Counted from the stretch's first letter, positions 40,435 through 50,915 are shown. The stretch: 64,000 nt of DNA from Candidatus Bathyarchaeota archaeon (GCA_963807605.1 CAWECG010000003.1:736001-800000); one strand, 5' to 3'. Program-made: numbers and translations. The notes: generated by a model from the sequence alone, not told the origin.

Positions 40435-41541
40435 TTGAGACAAATCAAGGCATTGATCCTTGCAGGGGGCTTCGGAACGCGCCTCAGACCCCTCTCCTGC
40501 GCCCGCCCAAAACTCCTATTCCCGATAGCCGGAAGACCGATGATCGAATGGGTACTTGACGAACTCTTGAAGAACGAAGTGGACACAGCAATTTTGGCGA
40601 CAAACTACTTAGCTGACATGATCAAGGCTCATCTTGGAAAGAAATTTGACGACATAGACCTCCATTACTCTTTGGAAGATAGACCGCTGGGGACTGGCGG
40701 AGCCATAAAGAGGGCAGAAAGGTTCCTAAAGAAGGATGAAGATTTCTTTGTCCTCAACAGTGACATAATCGCCTCACCTCCTCTGAAGGAGATCTTCCAG
40801 CAACACAAGTCGCTGAGAGCAACCGCCACTATTATGCTGCATAAGGTTAACGATCCCACACATTTTGGAGTTGCTCAGCTTGGAAGATCTATGCAAATTA
40901 CGAAGTTCATCGAGAAGCCCCGACTTCGAGACGCGCCTAGCAATTGGATCAATGCCGGCGTCTATATTCTGAACTCTAGTATCTTCAGCCAACTAACTCC
41001 TCGAACCAAGATCAGTATAGAAAAAGAGATCTTTCCAGGATTGGCTTCTTCTGGGAGACTTTACGGTTACAAGTACTTTGGGGAATGGTTCGACATTGGT
41101 AGGTTTGAGGAGTATAGAAGGGCGAATATCGCCGTTCTGTCAAGAGTCTCTACATCCAAGGCAATGATCGGTCCAAACGTTAAAGTTGATGCTAACGCTA
41201 GGCTAATTCCTCCGTTGACGATCGGTCCTCACTCAGTGGTGGGGACCGATGTGACTTTGGGTCCAAATACCTGTGTCGGCGGCAGATCCGTTATAAGCGA
41301 AGGGAGCCAGGTCTCAGACTCAATACTCTTTGACACAGTCTCTCTTGGCAAGAATTCATTCATCAACGGATCGTTGATAGGTGAATCCGCAGTTGTAGGA
41401 GCCAACGTCAGGATCGGAGAAGGATGCGTAGTCGGAGACAACGCATTCATTAATGATAATCTTACGCTAAAGAACAATGTGATAATATGTCCGTATAAAG
41501 AGGTCAGCAGAAGCATAAATCGTCCGGGAATCGTGACCTAG
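40435..41541 (+). CDS. NDP-sugar pyrophosphorylase (mannose-1-phosphate guanylyltransferase-like)
   Basis: LAGGFGTRLRPL, PLGTGG, FIEKP, W.DIG, hexapeptide repeats. Confidence 0.92.
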   Translation: MRQIKALILAGGFGTRLRPLSCARPKLLFPIAGRPMIEWVLDELLKNEVDTAILATNYLADMIKAHLGKKFDDIDLHYSLEDRPLGTGGAIKRAERFLKKDEDFFVLNSDIIASPPLKEIFQQHKSLRATATIMLHKVNDPTHFGVAQLGRSMQITKFIEKPRLRDAPSNWINAGVYILNSSIFSQLTPRTKISIEKEIFPGLASSGRLYGYKYFGEWFDIGRFEEYRRANIAVLSRVSTSKAMIGPNVKVDANARLIPPLTIGPHSVVGTDVTLGPNTCVGGRSVISEGSQVSDSILFDTVSLGKNSFINGSLIGESAVVGANVRIGEGCVVGDNAFINDNLTLKNNVIICPYKEVSRSINRPGIVT

Positions 41542-41544
41542 AAC

Positions 41545-42930
41545 TTGGCAACTGCAGCAAGGAAGTTCTTTGGAACCAATGGTATACGAGGGATTGTCAA
41601 CAAAGAATTAACCCCTCAACTCGTACTTGGTCTCAGCGAAGCCATAGGAACTGCATTCGGCCGCTCGAAGATCCTACTCGGTTGGGATGGGAGAACAAGC
41701 AGCCCGATGCTAGCTGATCTGGCAGCGTCTGGAATGGTGAGCGCAGGGTGTACCGTCTATGATATGGGGATGGCCCCCACACCTGCTGTACAATACCTCA
41801 CAAAGGCTCATAGTTTAAATGGAGCCGTCATGGTGACTGCCAGCCACAACCCTCCTGAATACAACGGAATTAAGGTCATGGACATCGACGGAGTCGAGAT
41901 CCCACCAGAAAAAGAGCTCCTGATAGAGAGAATCTACTTCAAGAAGCAAACATTTCTGCACGACTGGAACAAGTTGGGAGAGAGGCTACCGCTAAACGAT
42001 GGACTTGACAAGTACAGGGAGGCCATCAAAAAGCATGTTGATGAGGCTATAATCAGCAGATCAAAGTTCAAGATCGTCATAGACACAGCAAATGGAGTCG
42101 GCTCACTAGTGACGCCCTACCTAGCAAGAGAGTTGGGTTGCCAAGTGGTAACGATAAACTCTAACATTGATGGAACATTTCCTGGCAGACTACCAGAACC
42201 CACACCCTCAAATCTTGAGTCTCTCTGCCGAATTGTCAGTTCTGTCGGTGCGGATCTCGGGGTCGCCCACGATGGAGATGCGGATCGGGCCATCTTCATA
42301 GACGATAAAGGACTGGTCCAATGGGGAGATAGAAGTTTCGCACTCATAGCTCAACACTACTTGAAAAAAAATTTCGGAGAAGAGATAGTTACTCCTGTCA
42401 GCTCATCCCAAGTAGTAGAAGAGGTGGTGACGAGCTGTGGTGGAAAGGTCGTATGGACCCCAGTTGGCTCACCATACGTCTCAAGGACTATGATGAGCAG
42501 GGGAGCCAAATTGGGTGGAGAAGAGAATGGTGGAGTATTCTATGCCCCGCATATTCCAGTAAGGGATGGTGCGATGGCTACGGCCTTCATGCTTGAGATA
42601 ATGGCTTCAGCCGGTGAGAGACTTTCCACGCTTATGGAGAGACTTCCAAGATACTTCAATGTCAAGGATAAGCTTCCCTGCCCAAGTAGACTCAAATCAA
42701 AGGTGCTCAAGCAGCTTGAGAAGGAGGTTAAGGGCGTCAAGATTGAGACTATCGACGGATTGAAGATCTGGCATACGGACGGAAGTTGGATACTCATAAG
42801 ACCGAGTGGAACTGAGCCGGTGTACAGGATCTTTGCGGAGGCTAGGTCACAGGGTGAAGCCCTCTCCCTGACCTCGAGATATAAGAAGCTGATATCCAGA
42901 GCTATAAAGAGAAGTAGTCGGCGAAGCTGA
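41545..42930 (+). CDS. glmM: Phosphoglucosamine mutase / phosphomannomutase
   Basis: FGTNGIRG, TASHNP, DGDADR, GEENGG, RPSGTEP. Confidence 0.9.
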   Translation: MATAARKFFGTNGIRGIVNKELTPQLVLGLSEAIGTAFGRSKILLGWDGRTSSPMLADLAASGMVSAGCTVYDMGMAPTPAVQYLTKAHSLNGAVMVTASHNPPEYNGIKVMDIDGVEIPPEKELLIERIYFKKQTFLHDWNKLGERLPLNDGLDKYREAIKKHVDEAIISRSKFKIVIDTANGVGSLVTPYLARELGCQVVTINSNIDGTFPGRLPEPTPSNLESLCRIVSSVGADLGVAHDGDADRAIFIDDKGLVQWGDRSFALIAQHYLKKNFGEEIVTPVSSSQVVEEVVTSCGGKVVWTPVGSPYVSRTMMSRGAKLGGEENGGVFYAPHIPVRDGAMATAFMLEIMASAGERLSTLMERLPRYFNVKDKLPCPSRLKSKVLKQLEKEVKGVKIETIDGLKIWHTDGSWILIRPSGTEPVYRIFAEARSQGEALSLTSRYKKLISRAIKRSSRRS

Positions 42931-42931
42931 C

Positions 42932-43927
42932 TTGCTGGAAACTTACTTACCCGCAGCCTTAACATTGATCGTCAGTTTTGTCTTGACCTTTCTACTGCTT
43001 CCTCCTGTCTCTAATATAATGCGCAAGTATGGGATCGTTGGGGTTGACGTTCACAAGCTTGACAGGCCTTTGATTCCTGAGATGTGCGGTCTGGCTTTGG
43101 TTGTGGGCGTGACAGCCTCGACAATTGTTGTAGGTTTATTCTACAGTAGATATGTTGTTGTGGTTCTTGCCTTTGTGTCCGCAACCTTAATAGTTGCTGT
43201 TGTTGGCGTTGTTGACAGATTAGCAAATATAGGTCCGAAGTTGAAGCCCGTACTCACCGCATTTGGGGCTGTCCCAATTCTTCTTTTGTCAGCCTACAGT
43301 CCACGTCCTGTCCTGCCTTTTATCGGAGCTACAAGGCTAACGATAATTTATCCCATTCTCATTTTTGTCGCTATAGCAGTCACGTCAAACTCAACAAATA
43401 TGTTAGATGTTTTCAACGGCTCCTTAACTGGAACATGCTCTGTTGCTGTGGGTGCCATAATTGTCTGCACTTTTCTGGTGGGCCGCGCCGAAACTGCTGC
43501 TCTGGCAGCAGCTCTGCTTGGCGGTCTTATTGCTTTCCACATTTACAATAGATATCCTGCCAAGGTCTTTGCTAGTGATATCGGCAGCCTTTACGTGGGT
43601 GCAGCAATTGGAGCATTAGCTATTCTCGGTCATATCGAGGTGGCGGCTGTGACAGCTATGATGCCGCAGATAATGAACTCTTTCTATGGGTTGGTGGCAG
43701 TAGGCAGATTATATGAGCGGAGGGAGATCTCCTCACGACCCATAAAGATCCTGCCTGACGGAAGGCTTGCGGCTAGCAGAGATGTGAAGGCACCTATAAC
43801 GCTCTCACGCATGATCTTGGCTCGAACCCCTCTAAAGGAGTATGAGGTCACCAAATACATGGTGGTGCTCTCCTCCGTCTCGGCCATCCTAGCAGTTTTC
43901 ACGCAACTCTTGATAGTATGGCGGTAG
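42932..43927 (+). CDS. Glycosyltransferase family 4 (UDP-GlcNAc:dolichyl-phosphate GlcNAc-1-P transferase, AglH-like)
   Basis: G.DVHK....IPEMCG, N..NMLD..NG, YNRYPAKVF..D.G. Confidence 0.85.
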   Translation: MLETYLPAALTLIVSFVLTFLLLPPVSNIMRKYGIVGVDVHKLDRPLIPEMCGLALVVGVTASTIVVGLFYSRYVVVVLAFVSATLIVAVVGVVDRLANIGPKLKPVLTAFGAVPILLLSAYSPRPVLPFIGATRLTIIYPILIFVAIAVTSNSTNMLDVFNGSLTGTCSVAVGAIIVCTFLVGRAETAALAAALLGGLIAFHIYNRYPAKVFASDIGSLYVGAAIGALAILGHIEVAAVTAMMPQIMNSFYGLVAVGRLYERREISSRPIKILPDGRLAASRDVKAPITLSRMILARTPLKEYEVTKYMVVLSSVSAILAVFTQLLIVWR

Positions 43928-43930
43928 ATT

Positions 43931-44188
43931 ATGAGGACGGTAATTGGTCTAATCTTGATAATAGTTGTTGTCTGGATTACCATGCTGGCAGGTTTAGTTC
44001 TAATCTTTGTCACCCTGCCTTTTCTCACCTCAACACTCTCAGGGGAATTAGGAAGAGTGTTCGAGCAGGTAATTTTGGCAGGGTTGTCGATTATCGCAGC
44101 CTTTGTCTGGTTGACCATGTGGAGAGAACTGGCATTCAGGTATTTTTCGAGAATCCTCAGGAGAAATGAGGGGTCGGATGGGAGCTGA
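43931..44188 (+). CDS. Small two-TM membrane protein
   Basis: Operonic ORF with two hydrophobic helices. Confidence 0.6.
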   Translation: MRTVIGLILIIVVVWITMLAGLVLIFVTLPFLTSTLSGELGRVFEQVILAGLSIIAAFVWLTMWRELAFRYFSRILRRNEGSDGS

Positions 44189-44302
44189 GTGAAAACCCCC
44201 TTAGAGAGGCTGAAATAGACTCAGTTTTCATTGGTCCATCAGGACTGGATCAACTGCTCGAAGAATTTCCTGGATCCACTTATAGCATCCTTTGGAGTAT
44301 CG

Positions 44303-45358
44303 CTACTGATTGATGTTGTCGATGATTACTTTCAATGGATCCTCCATGCTTCGGAGAAGTTCTCGGGCTCTAATTCTATTCTCTGCTTGATAGACTTCGT
44401 CATTCAACCAGCTCAGAGTCTGTTCAGCTATCGATGCAGGATCGGTCAAGCGAGTGAGTAAGCCTTTCTCTTGAAGAAATGACTCCACGCGGGTAGGTCC
44501 CGCTGGAAAGTACGATATCGTAGGCACACCCATCATCGCGGCTTCAGCAGTCATTGTTCCGCCGCCGCCTATGAAAACCGATGTTGATGCCAGAAGAGTA
44601 GGCCCCCGGATGAGGGTCTTGGGAATAGTCACATTCTTCTGGAGTCTCTTGAACTGTGCCATATGTTGACTGTACCTTGGGAGAACAACAATTCTGGCTT
44701 TGCATTGCTTCCTTGACAACTCCTGTACGATTCTCAAGCCCAGATTCCTCCAATCTCCGTTCCTGTTCATCAAATACGCCGCAAATGACTCTTCGAGTCT
44801 CAGAGTGACTATCTTAGATTCTGTTCGCAATCCATGTCTTTCCAGTTCTCTCTGGTCCGGCTTGACATCCCTTATCCAGACGTAGGGATCCAAGGCGTTG
44901 TACTGTTTGATCTTTGAGAGTGATATGCCATATTGGGTCCAGTCCTCCTTCGGGATGATTGCGGGAGAGAAGAGTCTGGTTGACAGAGGAATTGTAAGTC
45001 TTGAGACGGCCTCGGCATGTGGTGAGTCACTAATGCAGTAGAATGGTATCGAGAGGCCATATGCCGACCGAGCGGCTTCGACAGAAGGAAAAGCAACAAC
45101 GAGATCTACACCGACACTCTTAATCAGCCTAGCAATTCTCGCGGTTCGTGTAAGGCTCTCCTGGAGTTTGCCTTCCAGGGTCGATCTATACGCACCGATT
45201 ACTGTGGCTTTCATTTTTTTCATTCGGAGCAGTTGGAGAGTCTCATGAAACTTCCTAGTAACCCTGGTTACCTTGTGGCCTTTATCTTCAAGCCTATTCG
45301 AGAGCTCTCCAAGGAAAAGTACCTGCTTCGGAGTTAGAATATCCACAAGTATCCTCAA
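44303..45358 (-). CDS. DUF354 family protein (GT-B-like)
   Basis: DILTPKQ, DSPHA, R.EES.AAY, GGGGTM..EAA..GVP. Confidence 0.88.
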   Translation of the reverse strand: MRILVDILTPKQVLFLGELSNRLEDKGHKVTRVTRKFHETLQLLRMKKMKATVIGAYRSTLEGKLQESLTRTARIARLIKSVGVDLVVAFPSVEAARSAYGLSIPFYCISDSPHAEAVSRLTIPLSTRLFSPAIIPKEDWTQYGISLSKIKQYNALDPYVWIRDVKPDQRELERHGLRTESKIVTLRLEESFAAYLMNRNGDWRNLGLRIVQELSRKQCKARIVVLPRYSQHMAQFKRLQKNVTIPKTLIRGPTLLASTSVFIGGGGTMTAEAAMMGVPTISYFPAGPTRVESFLQEKGLLTRLTDPASIAEQTLSWLNDEVYQAENRIRARELLRSMEDPLKVIIDNINQ

Positions 45359-45534
45359 TATTCCGGACCTACACTACGGCCTTAACATATGATCCAACCC
45401 GACGTGTACGAGAGATATCTCTGTTTCCATAGGCAGGAAATCATTCTGATGCTATCCTTTAAGTGAAGAGCAGTTAATAATTCTGATCAGCACAACGATG
45501 TATCAATCACTCGTTTGAATATCGGTGGGAAACG

Positions 45535-46914
45535 TTGCCTGTAATGAAACATAAGCCTGAAGAGGTCGCCAAGGAACTTGGACGTGGAAAAATTACAGTA
45601 GCCGTAATAGGCCTTGGATGGATGGGGCTTCCCTTGGCCTGTCTCTTCGCAGAGGCGGGAGCCAATGTTCTTGGTGCGGACAAAAACCAGAAGTTAGTTG
45701 AAAAGATTAACAGAGGCGAGTCGCCGATCGATGAGCCCAAGCTACCTCAGCTTGTGGCTAAACACGTCAGCTCAGGCAGACTCAAGGCGCTAGAGAACGT
45801 GGAGAAGGCCGCCTCAACAAGTGACGTAGTGATAATAACCGTTCCAACACTCGTCGATTCTCAAAAGCAAGCAGACTACACTATTCTGGAATCCGCCTGT
45901 AGAGAAATTGGCAAAGGACTGCTACCTGGAACCATAGTGATATTGATGAGTACAGTGGGTCCGACTGTTGTTGAGAGATTAATCAAGCCCGTCTTGGAGA
46001 AGCATTCAGGTCTGATTGCTGGAGATGACTTCGGTCTAGCCTACAGCCCCATAAGGGCGATGGGCGGAAGAGCCCTTAGAGACATTCAAGAGTACAAGAA
46101 GGTCGTAGGGGGACTTGACCAAGCCAGCCTTAAGATCGCCTCGGCGGTTCTTAGTACAATTGTCAAAGGAGGAATAGTTGAGACTAGCGATCTCAAGACG
46201 GCTGAGGCGTCAAAGATTTTTGAAACTGTCTACAGGGACCTCAACATAGCCCTAGCGAACGAGCTCGCCCTCTACTGCGAGAGGTCGGGAATAGATTATC
46301 TTGAGGCTATGCAGGCAGCGAATAGTCAACCATACTCTCATCTACACTACCCAGGAATAGGGGTTGGCGGCCATTGCCTCCCACTCTACCCATACATGTT
46401 ACAATCCGAGGCTCACTCTCTAGGTTTGAAACTTAGACTCGTCAAGACTGAAAGAAGGATCAATGATGAAATGCCAAGACATGTTGCACGCCTGGCGGCT
46501 TCAGGTCTTCGCCAAGTCGGAAGATCACTTACCAGAGCAAAAGTCACTGTGCTGGGAATATCGTATCGTGCAAATGTAAAGGAGACAAGATATTCCCCAA
46601 CTATCGAATTGATAGAGGCTCTGATGAGAAGAGGGAGCAAAGTTACGGTCTACGATCCAAAATTCGTGTACACGGAGATCAAGACGATGGGTTACAATTG
46701 TGAAGCAACGTTTGAAACAGCAGTCTCAAATGCGGAATGCGTCATTGTGACCGTTGGTCACGACGAGTTTAAGGCAATTGATCCGAAGAATCTAGCAGCC
46801 CTTGCAACAAAGGGCTGTGTTCTAGTTGACGCCGCAGGAATCTTGGATCCGAAGGCTATTGAGAAGGCAGGGATGATTTACAGAGGCGTCGGCAGAGGAA
46901 TCTGGACTAGATAA
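45535..46914 (+). CDS. Nucleotide-sugar dehydrogenase (WecC/WbpA-like)
   Basis: IGLGWMGLP, ST, YSPIR, E..YRD.NIALANE, GVGGHCLP. Confidence 0.9.
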   Translation: MPVMKHKPEEVAKELGRGKITVAVIGLGWMGLPLACLFAEAGANVLGADKNQKLVEKINRGESPIDEPKLPQLVAKHVSSGRLKALENVEKAASTSDVVIITVPTLVDSQKQADYTILESACREIGKGLLPGTIVILMSTVGPTVVERLIKPVLEKHSGLIAGDDFGLAYSPIRAMGGRALRDIQEYKKVVGGLDQASLKIASAVLSTIVKGGIVETSDLKTAEASKIFETVYRDLNIALANELALYCERSGIDYLEAMQAANSQPYSHLHYPGIGVGGHCLPLYPYMLQSEAHSLGLKLRLVKTERRINDEMPRHVARLAASGLRQVGRSLTRAKVTVLGISYRANVKETRYSPTIELIEALMRRGSKVTVYDPKFVYTEIKTMGYNCEATFETAVSNAECVIVTVGHDEFKAIDPKNLAALATKGCVLVDAAGILDPKAIEKAGMIYRGVGRGIWTR

Positions 46915-46970
46915 TCAAATTACTAGAGAAAGCATAAGTAAAATAGTGTAGTTCCACAGCTCGACTTACA

Positions 46971-48248
46971 GTGATAACATTGTCCGAAGGATCAGCTCTG
47001 CTCAGAGATGTCCTATCTAGAATGGATGAAGCCGCTACTAGACTGAAGATCGATTGGAATATCTACAAGACCCTAAGGACTCCACGTACCTCCCTTACAT
47101 TCACGTTTCCAATAAAGATGGACAACGGCTCCGTGGAAATGTTCACTGGATACAGAGTACTCTACAATTACGCAAGAGGACCGAGCAAGGGTGGTGTACG
47201 ATACCATCCGGACGTCAACCTTGATGAGATTACGGCGCTCGCAGCTATCATGACGCTAAAATGTGCCGTGGTAGGAGTGCCTTTCGGAGGAGCCAAAGGC
47301 GGAGTAGCGTGCGATCCACGTAAGATGTCAATCGATGAGTTAGAACGGCTAACTCGAAGATACACCTACATGATCCTTCCTATTTTGGGGCCGGAAAAGG
47401 ACATCCCGGCACCAGACGTTAACACAAACCAGCAGACTATGGCTTGGATGATGGATACGTACAGCATGCTCACAGGTCACACAGTATTGGGGGTTGTGAC
47501 AGGTAAACCGTTCCAATTGGGCGGATCAAAAGGAAGAAGCTACGCGACAGGAAGAGGAGTTGCATACACAACTTCAGAGGTATTAGACCACCTGAACATC
47601 CCGATCAAAGATACCAAAGTCGCCGTACAAGGCTTTGGAAATGTGGGCTCAAACACAGCAAGATTCCTACACGAAGATGGCTGCAAGATCACAGGCGTAA
47701 CCAGTCTCAGCGGAGGAGGACTCTTCAATGAGAATGGACTGGACATACCCGCCCTCCTCGAACATGTGAAGAACAAGGGAACGATATCTGGATTCAAAGA
47801 CTGTGAGTTTGTCACTGATTACCAAAAAGCAAACGAAAGACTCTTGAAATCAGAAGTGGACATCTTGATTCCGGCCGCACTTGAGAACCAGATAACGGAG
47901 AAGAATGCAGCAGAAGTCCGCGCGAAAATCATAGTCGAGGGTGCAAATGGCCCCACAAATAGCCTAGCAGATAAGATACTGGCTGAAAAGGGAAAAGTAG
48001 TCGTCCCGGACATAGTTGCAAATTCTGGAGGAGTCATAGTCTCCTACTTCGAATGGGTTCAAGACGTCCAAGCGTACCTGTGGACCGAGGACCAAGTCAA
48101 CCAGCGATTGAAAGAAGTGATAACAGAGGCGTTCAACAGGGTCTGGGACATGACTGAGGAATACAAGACGAGTATGCGCCGTGCAGCCTATATGGAAGCT
48201 GTTTGGAAGGTCGTCGAAGTAACCAAGATGAGAGGAATCTTTCCTTAA
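46971..48248 (+). CDS. gdhA: Glutamate dehydrogenase
   Basis: GPSKGGVRYHP, GGAKGG, DIPAPD, QGFGNVG, EGANGP, SYFEWVQ. Confidence 0.95.
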   Translation: MITLSEGSALLRDVLSRMDEAATRLKIDWNIYKTLRTPRTSLTFTFPIKMDNGSVEMFTGYRVLYNYARGPSKGGVRYHPDVNLDEITALAAIMTLKCAVVGVPFGGAKGGVACDPRKMSIDELERLTRRYTYMILPILGPEKDIPAPDVNTNQQTMAWMMDTYSMLTGHTVLGVVTGKPFQLGGSKGRSYATGRGVAYTTSEVLDHLNIPIKDTKVAVQGFGNVGSNTARFLHEDGCKITGVTSLSGGGLFNENGLDIPALLEHVKNKGTISGFKDCEFVTDYQKANERLLKSEVDILIPAALENQITEKNAAEVRAKIIVEGANGPTNSLADKILAEKGKVVVPDIVANSGGVIVSYFEWVQDVQAYLWTEDQVNQRLKEVITEAFNRVWDMTEEYKTSMRRAAYMEAVWKVVEVTKMRGIFP

Positions 48249-48262
48249 GAGGTGAGACACCC

Positions 48263-48538
48263 TTGAAGAAGAAATTAATGGATATACTTGCATGCCCCAT
48301 AGACAAGCATCACCCACTAGAACTCTACATCTTTGAAGAGAAAACTGAGATCAGTGAGGGAGTCATCGTATGTCCTCAATGCAATAGATTCTATCCAATA
48401 ATTGATGAGATACCTCACATGCTACCAGACAACCTCAGATCAAAAGAGGAAGACCTGAAATTCCTCAGAAAATGGCAAGCAAAATTCCCTGAGAAAGTGG
48501 TTAAAGAGGGAAAACCCTTCAACCTAGCGACGAGCTAA
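48263..48538 (+). CDS. Trm112 family methyltransferase activator
   Basis: LMDILACP.DK, EG...C..C.RFYPIIDEIP.MLPD; GAGGTGA RBS before the TTG. Confidence 0.88.
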   Translation: MKKKLMDILACPIDKHHPLELYIFEEKTEISEGVIVCPQCNRFYPIIDEIPHMLPDNLRSKEEDLKFLRKWQAKFPEKVVKEGKPFNLATS

Positions 48539-48684
48539 CATGCAATAAGCCTTGATTCTGAACGTTGCTTGGCCCCACTAATCTTCGAAGTACGAGATTA
48601 GTGGTCCCCTGAATCAGGGAAAGCAAAGATGAAAAGCATCCTCGCAACATGAAAATAGCTGTTTGCCAACAGTTGCTTAGGAAT

Positions 48685-48778
48685 AGCCCGGTAGTGTAGC
48701 GGACAAAGGATCGTTTCCGTCTAGGCATAGCGGGCTTTGGACCCGTTGACGGGAGTTCGAATCTCCCCCGGGCTACCA
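48685..48778 (+). tRNA. tRNA-Gln(TTG) with an 18-nt D-loop intron (48707-48724), CCA encoded
   Basis: AGCCCGG/CCGGGCT acceptor, GCGGG-CT-TTG-GA-CCCGT anticodon arm; BHB removal gives 76 nt. Confidence 0.92.
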
Positions 48779-48931
48779 CCCCTTTTTTGTGTTTAAGCAG
48801 TATTCTGCAAGCTCGCTATTACACAAGTGTGCGTTACTCGTACTTGTGGATATGTCTCTGTAGAAGATAGCCCCCTAAACCATAAGTCAATGACCGCTCT
48901 TCTAGTATTTTCAAGATGACTGGAGGCAATG

Positions 48932-49119
48932 TGTTCACTTTGTTCAGATTAATGTTCAAATGTTCACTATTTTGTTCAAATGTTCAAACGTAATGTTGTC
49001 CGGAAATAATTGGAATACACTCTTGCCATATACCCCAGCTAATAGGTAATATTGGAGATTTAATAGTAATATTCCAGAAACAATGTCCGTTCTGATACAT
49101 CTGAATGAACATTTGAACA
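48932..49119. repeat. TGTTCA direct and inverted repeat cluster
   Basis: Six direct TGTTCA (48932, 48941, 48953, 48961, 48973, 48981) and two inverted copies (49106, 49114). Confidence 0.8.
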
Positions 49120-49212
49120 AGCAAAGCGTGTACGAGGTAGACAGCACGCGCTATGGTATTCCCATCGCCTTGGATGCCTATCGACGTACGAGTTGCTTCT
49201 CGACGTTCCTCT

Positions 49213-49473
49213 AGCAGTTTCGTACATAGAAATATGTTCATGAGCTTGCACCAAGAGAATGTGATCTTGCGATTATCTGAGAAAGATAGAGAAGCATTCT
49301 TAGGACTTGAACAGGCTAGTCAATTCGGGCCCATGCCGGGAAGGGTGACGAAGGAGTATGTCGCTGTTCCCCCACAGATGCTCAAGAATGTGACTATCCT
49401 GAAGAAATGGATCAAACGGTCACTAGAGTACGCCTCAGATTTGCCGCCAGAAGAAAAGAGTAAAAGGAAATAA
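49213..49473 (+). pseudogene. TfoX/Sxy N-domain-like protein, 5' truncated
   Basis: FVHRNMFMSLH....LRL, F.PMPGR..KEYV.VP, W..RS.EYA..LPP. Confidence 0.65.
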
Positions 49474-49590
49474 TAGCCACGTCGGTGCCCCCTGCACGAA
49501 GGGTTCTTACGCAAGTTAACCCAAACAGATGGCTAGCATGAGATCATCAATCTCCCGCCAATTGCCGCAGCTCCTGCTTTGATGAATTGA

Positions 49591-50289
49591 GTGATAGGAA
49601 TGCCTTTCTGTGTCAAGTGTGGAAAACAACTCGAAACCGGTGCAAAATACTGCCTATACTGTGGGAAACCCGTCGCGTCACCACTTCCACCCTCACCTAA
49701 AGTATCACATGAAGAAGGAAAAATCTTGGCGGCGATACTTATCGTGAGCTTACTAGTGATAGGGGGCTTGTTATTCTTCGTACTTCAACCCCGGGCACCA
49801 CTACGCGTCATGATACCATTTCCAACGGCACAAAATCCTGAACCTGGACCTACGTCAACCCCAACTCTACCGTCTACACCTTCACCAGCTCCGGCCCAAA
49901 ACCAAACCCCTACAAATGAAGAGGGGCAAATTCGCAATGTCTTGACGGGTTATTTTGAGGCACTCAATCGGCATTCACCTGAGGATGCGGACACATTCTT
50001 TACAGATAATGTTGAGATACAGATCAATCACGGCAAAGATTACAATTACACGGGCCCCAGAGAAGGCGTGAAGTCATTTCTATCAACGGGTTTCAGCATA
50101 GCCCCTGACGCAACCATTACCAACCTAACCTTCTCAAATATGAACATAAATGGGAATGATGCAACAGTCCAAGCTAACTACGTTGTTTCCTCTAAATCGT
50201 ACAATCTCTCGTACAGTGTCACCGAACATATTGAGCTAACCAGAGAGAGCGGAGTTTGGAAGATAGCCAAGACAGACATTGTCTTCTAA
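49591..50289 (+). CDS. Zinc ribbon, TM, Pro/Thr linker and NTF2-like domain protein
   Basis: FCVKCG..YCLYCG, TM helix, PT-rich linker, C-terminal GVWKI. Confidence 0.8.
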   Translation: MIGMPFCVKCGKQLETGAKYCLYCGKPVASPLPPSPKVSHEEGKILAAILIVSLLVIGGLLFFVLQPRAPLRVMIPFPTAQNPEPGPTSTPTLPSTPSPAPAQNQTPTNEEGQIRNVLTGYFEALNRHSPEDADTFFTDNVEIQINHGKDYNYTGPREGVKSFLSTGFSIAPDATITNLTFSNMNINGNDATVQANYVVSSKSYNLSYSVTEHIELTRESGVWKIAKTDIVF

Positions 50290-50374
50290 CATGAGTGGCA
50301 CGCTCACACTTTATATGGAAAGGCTGCAAATTGGGTCAAACGAGAACTGAAAGCAACTGACCCGCGACATTAAG

Positions 50375-50764
50375 ATGCTGATTAAGTTTGTAGAAATCTA
50401 CTGCGGTAACAAGCATGAGTCACGTCATAAGAGTCAGTGGAGTTCCGTTGGTGGAGATGTGGAAGGGAAAGGAAATGATGGATCTCAGCTCTGTCAGGAA
50501 TGCCGCGAACTACTCGACTACTCCATTATGAGGCGAAGACTGTGCCCTTTAGATCCTAAGCCCATGTGTAAGAAATGTAAGATTCACTGTTATTCCAATG
50601 AGTATCGGTCAAAGATTAGGGATGTTATGAGATTCTCGGGAACGACCCTTACATTCTTGTTAAGTACTAATTCTGTTAGATTTTGTACCGAGTATTTATT
50701 GAGCCGTTTGTCTAGGTGGTTGAATGGCATGATGCGGGGACTCAAGTGCGTCTCTGATTTTTGA
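50375..50764 (+). CDS. YgbA / nitrous-oxide-stimulated-promoter family protein, C-terminus probably scrambled
   Basis: IYC..KH, LC.EC.ELL.Y...R...CP..PKP.CKKC.IHCY, IRDVMRFSG. Confidence 0.75.
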   Translation: MLIKFVEIYCGNKHESRHKSQWSSVGGDVEGKGNDGSQLCQECRELLDYSIMRRRLCPLDPKPMCKKCKIHCYSNEYRSKIRDVMRFSGTTLTFLLSTNSVRFCTEYLLSRLSRWLNGMMRGLKCVSDF

Positions 50765-50915
50765 ATGATTTCCTAGTATTTCTTGAGGCTAAACCTCAGT
50801 TTGCCGGCTTGAGTTCTGATGGGTTGATTTGGTTTCAGAAGAGGGCTGTTCGTGAGTTCGTAAGTATGTGTTGCTTATGCTTTGCAGTAGTATGTTCAGC
50901 AGAAGCCAGCGCGCG
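50690..50915 (+). pseudogene. Decayed N-terminal fragment of an integrase-like gene
   Basis: Frame-broken pieces FLNDFLVFLEAKPQFAGLSSDGLIWFQKRA and LQ*YVQQKP, ending at GCGCGCG. Confidence 0.4.
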
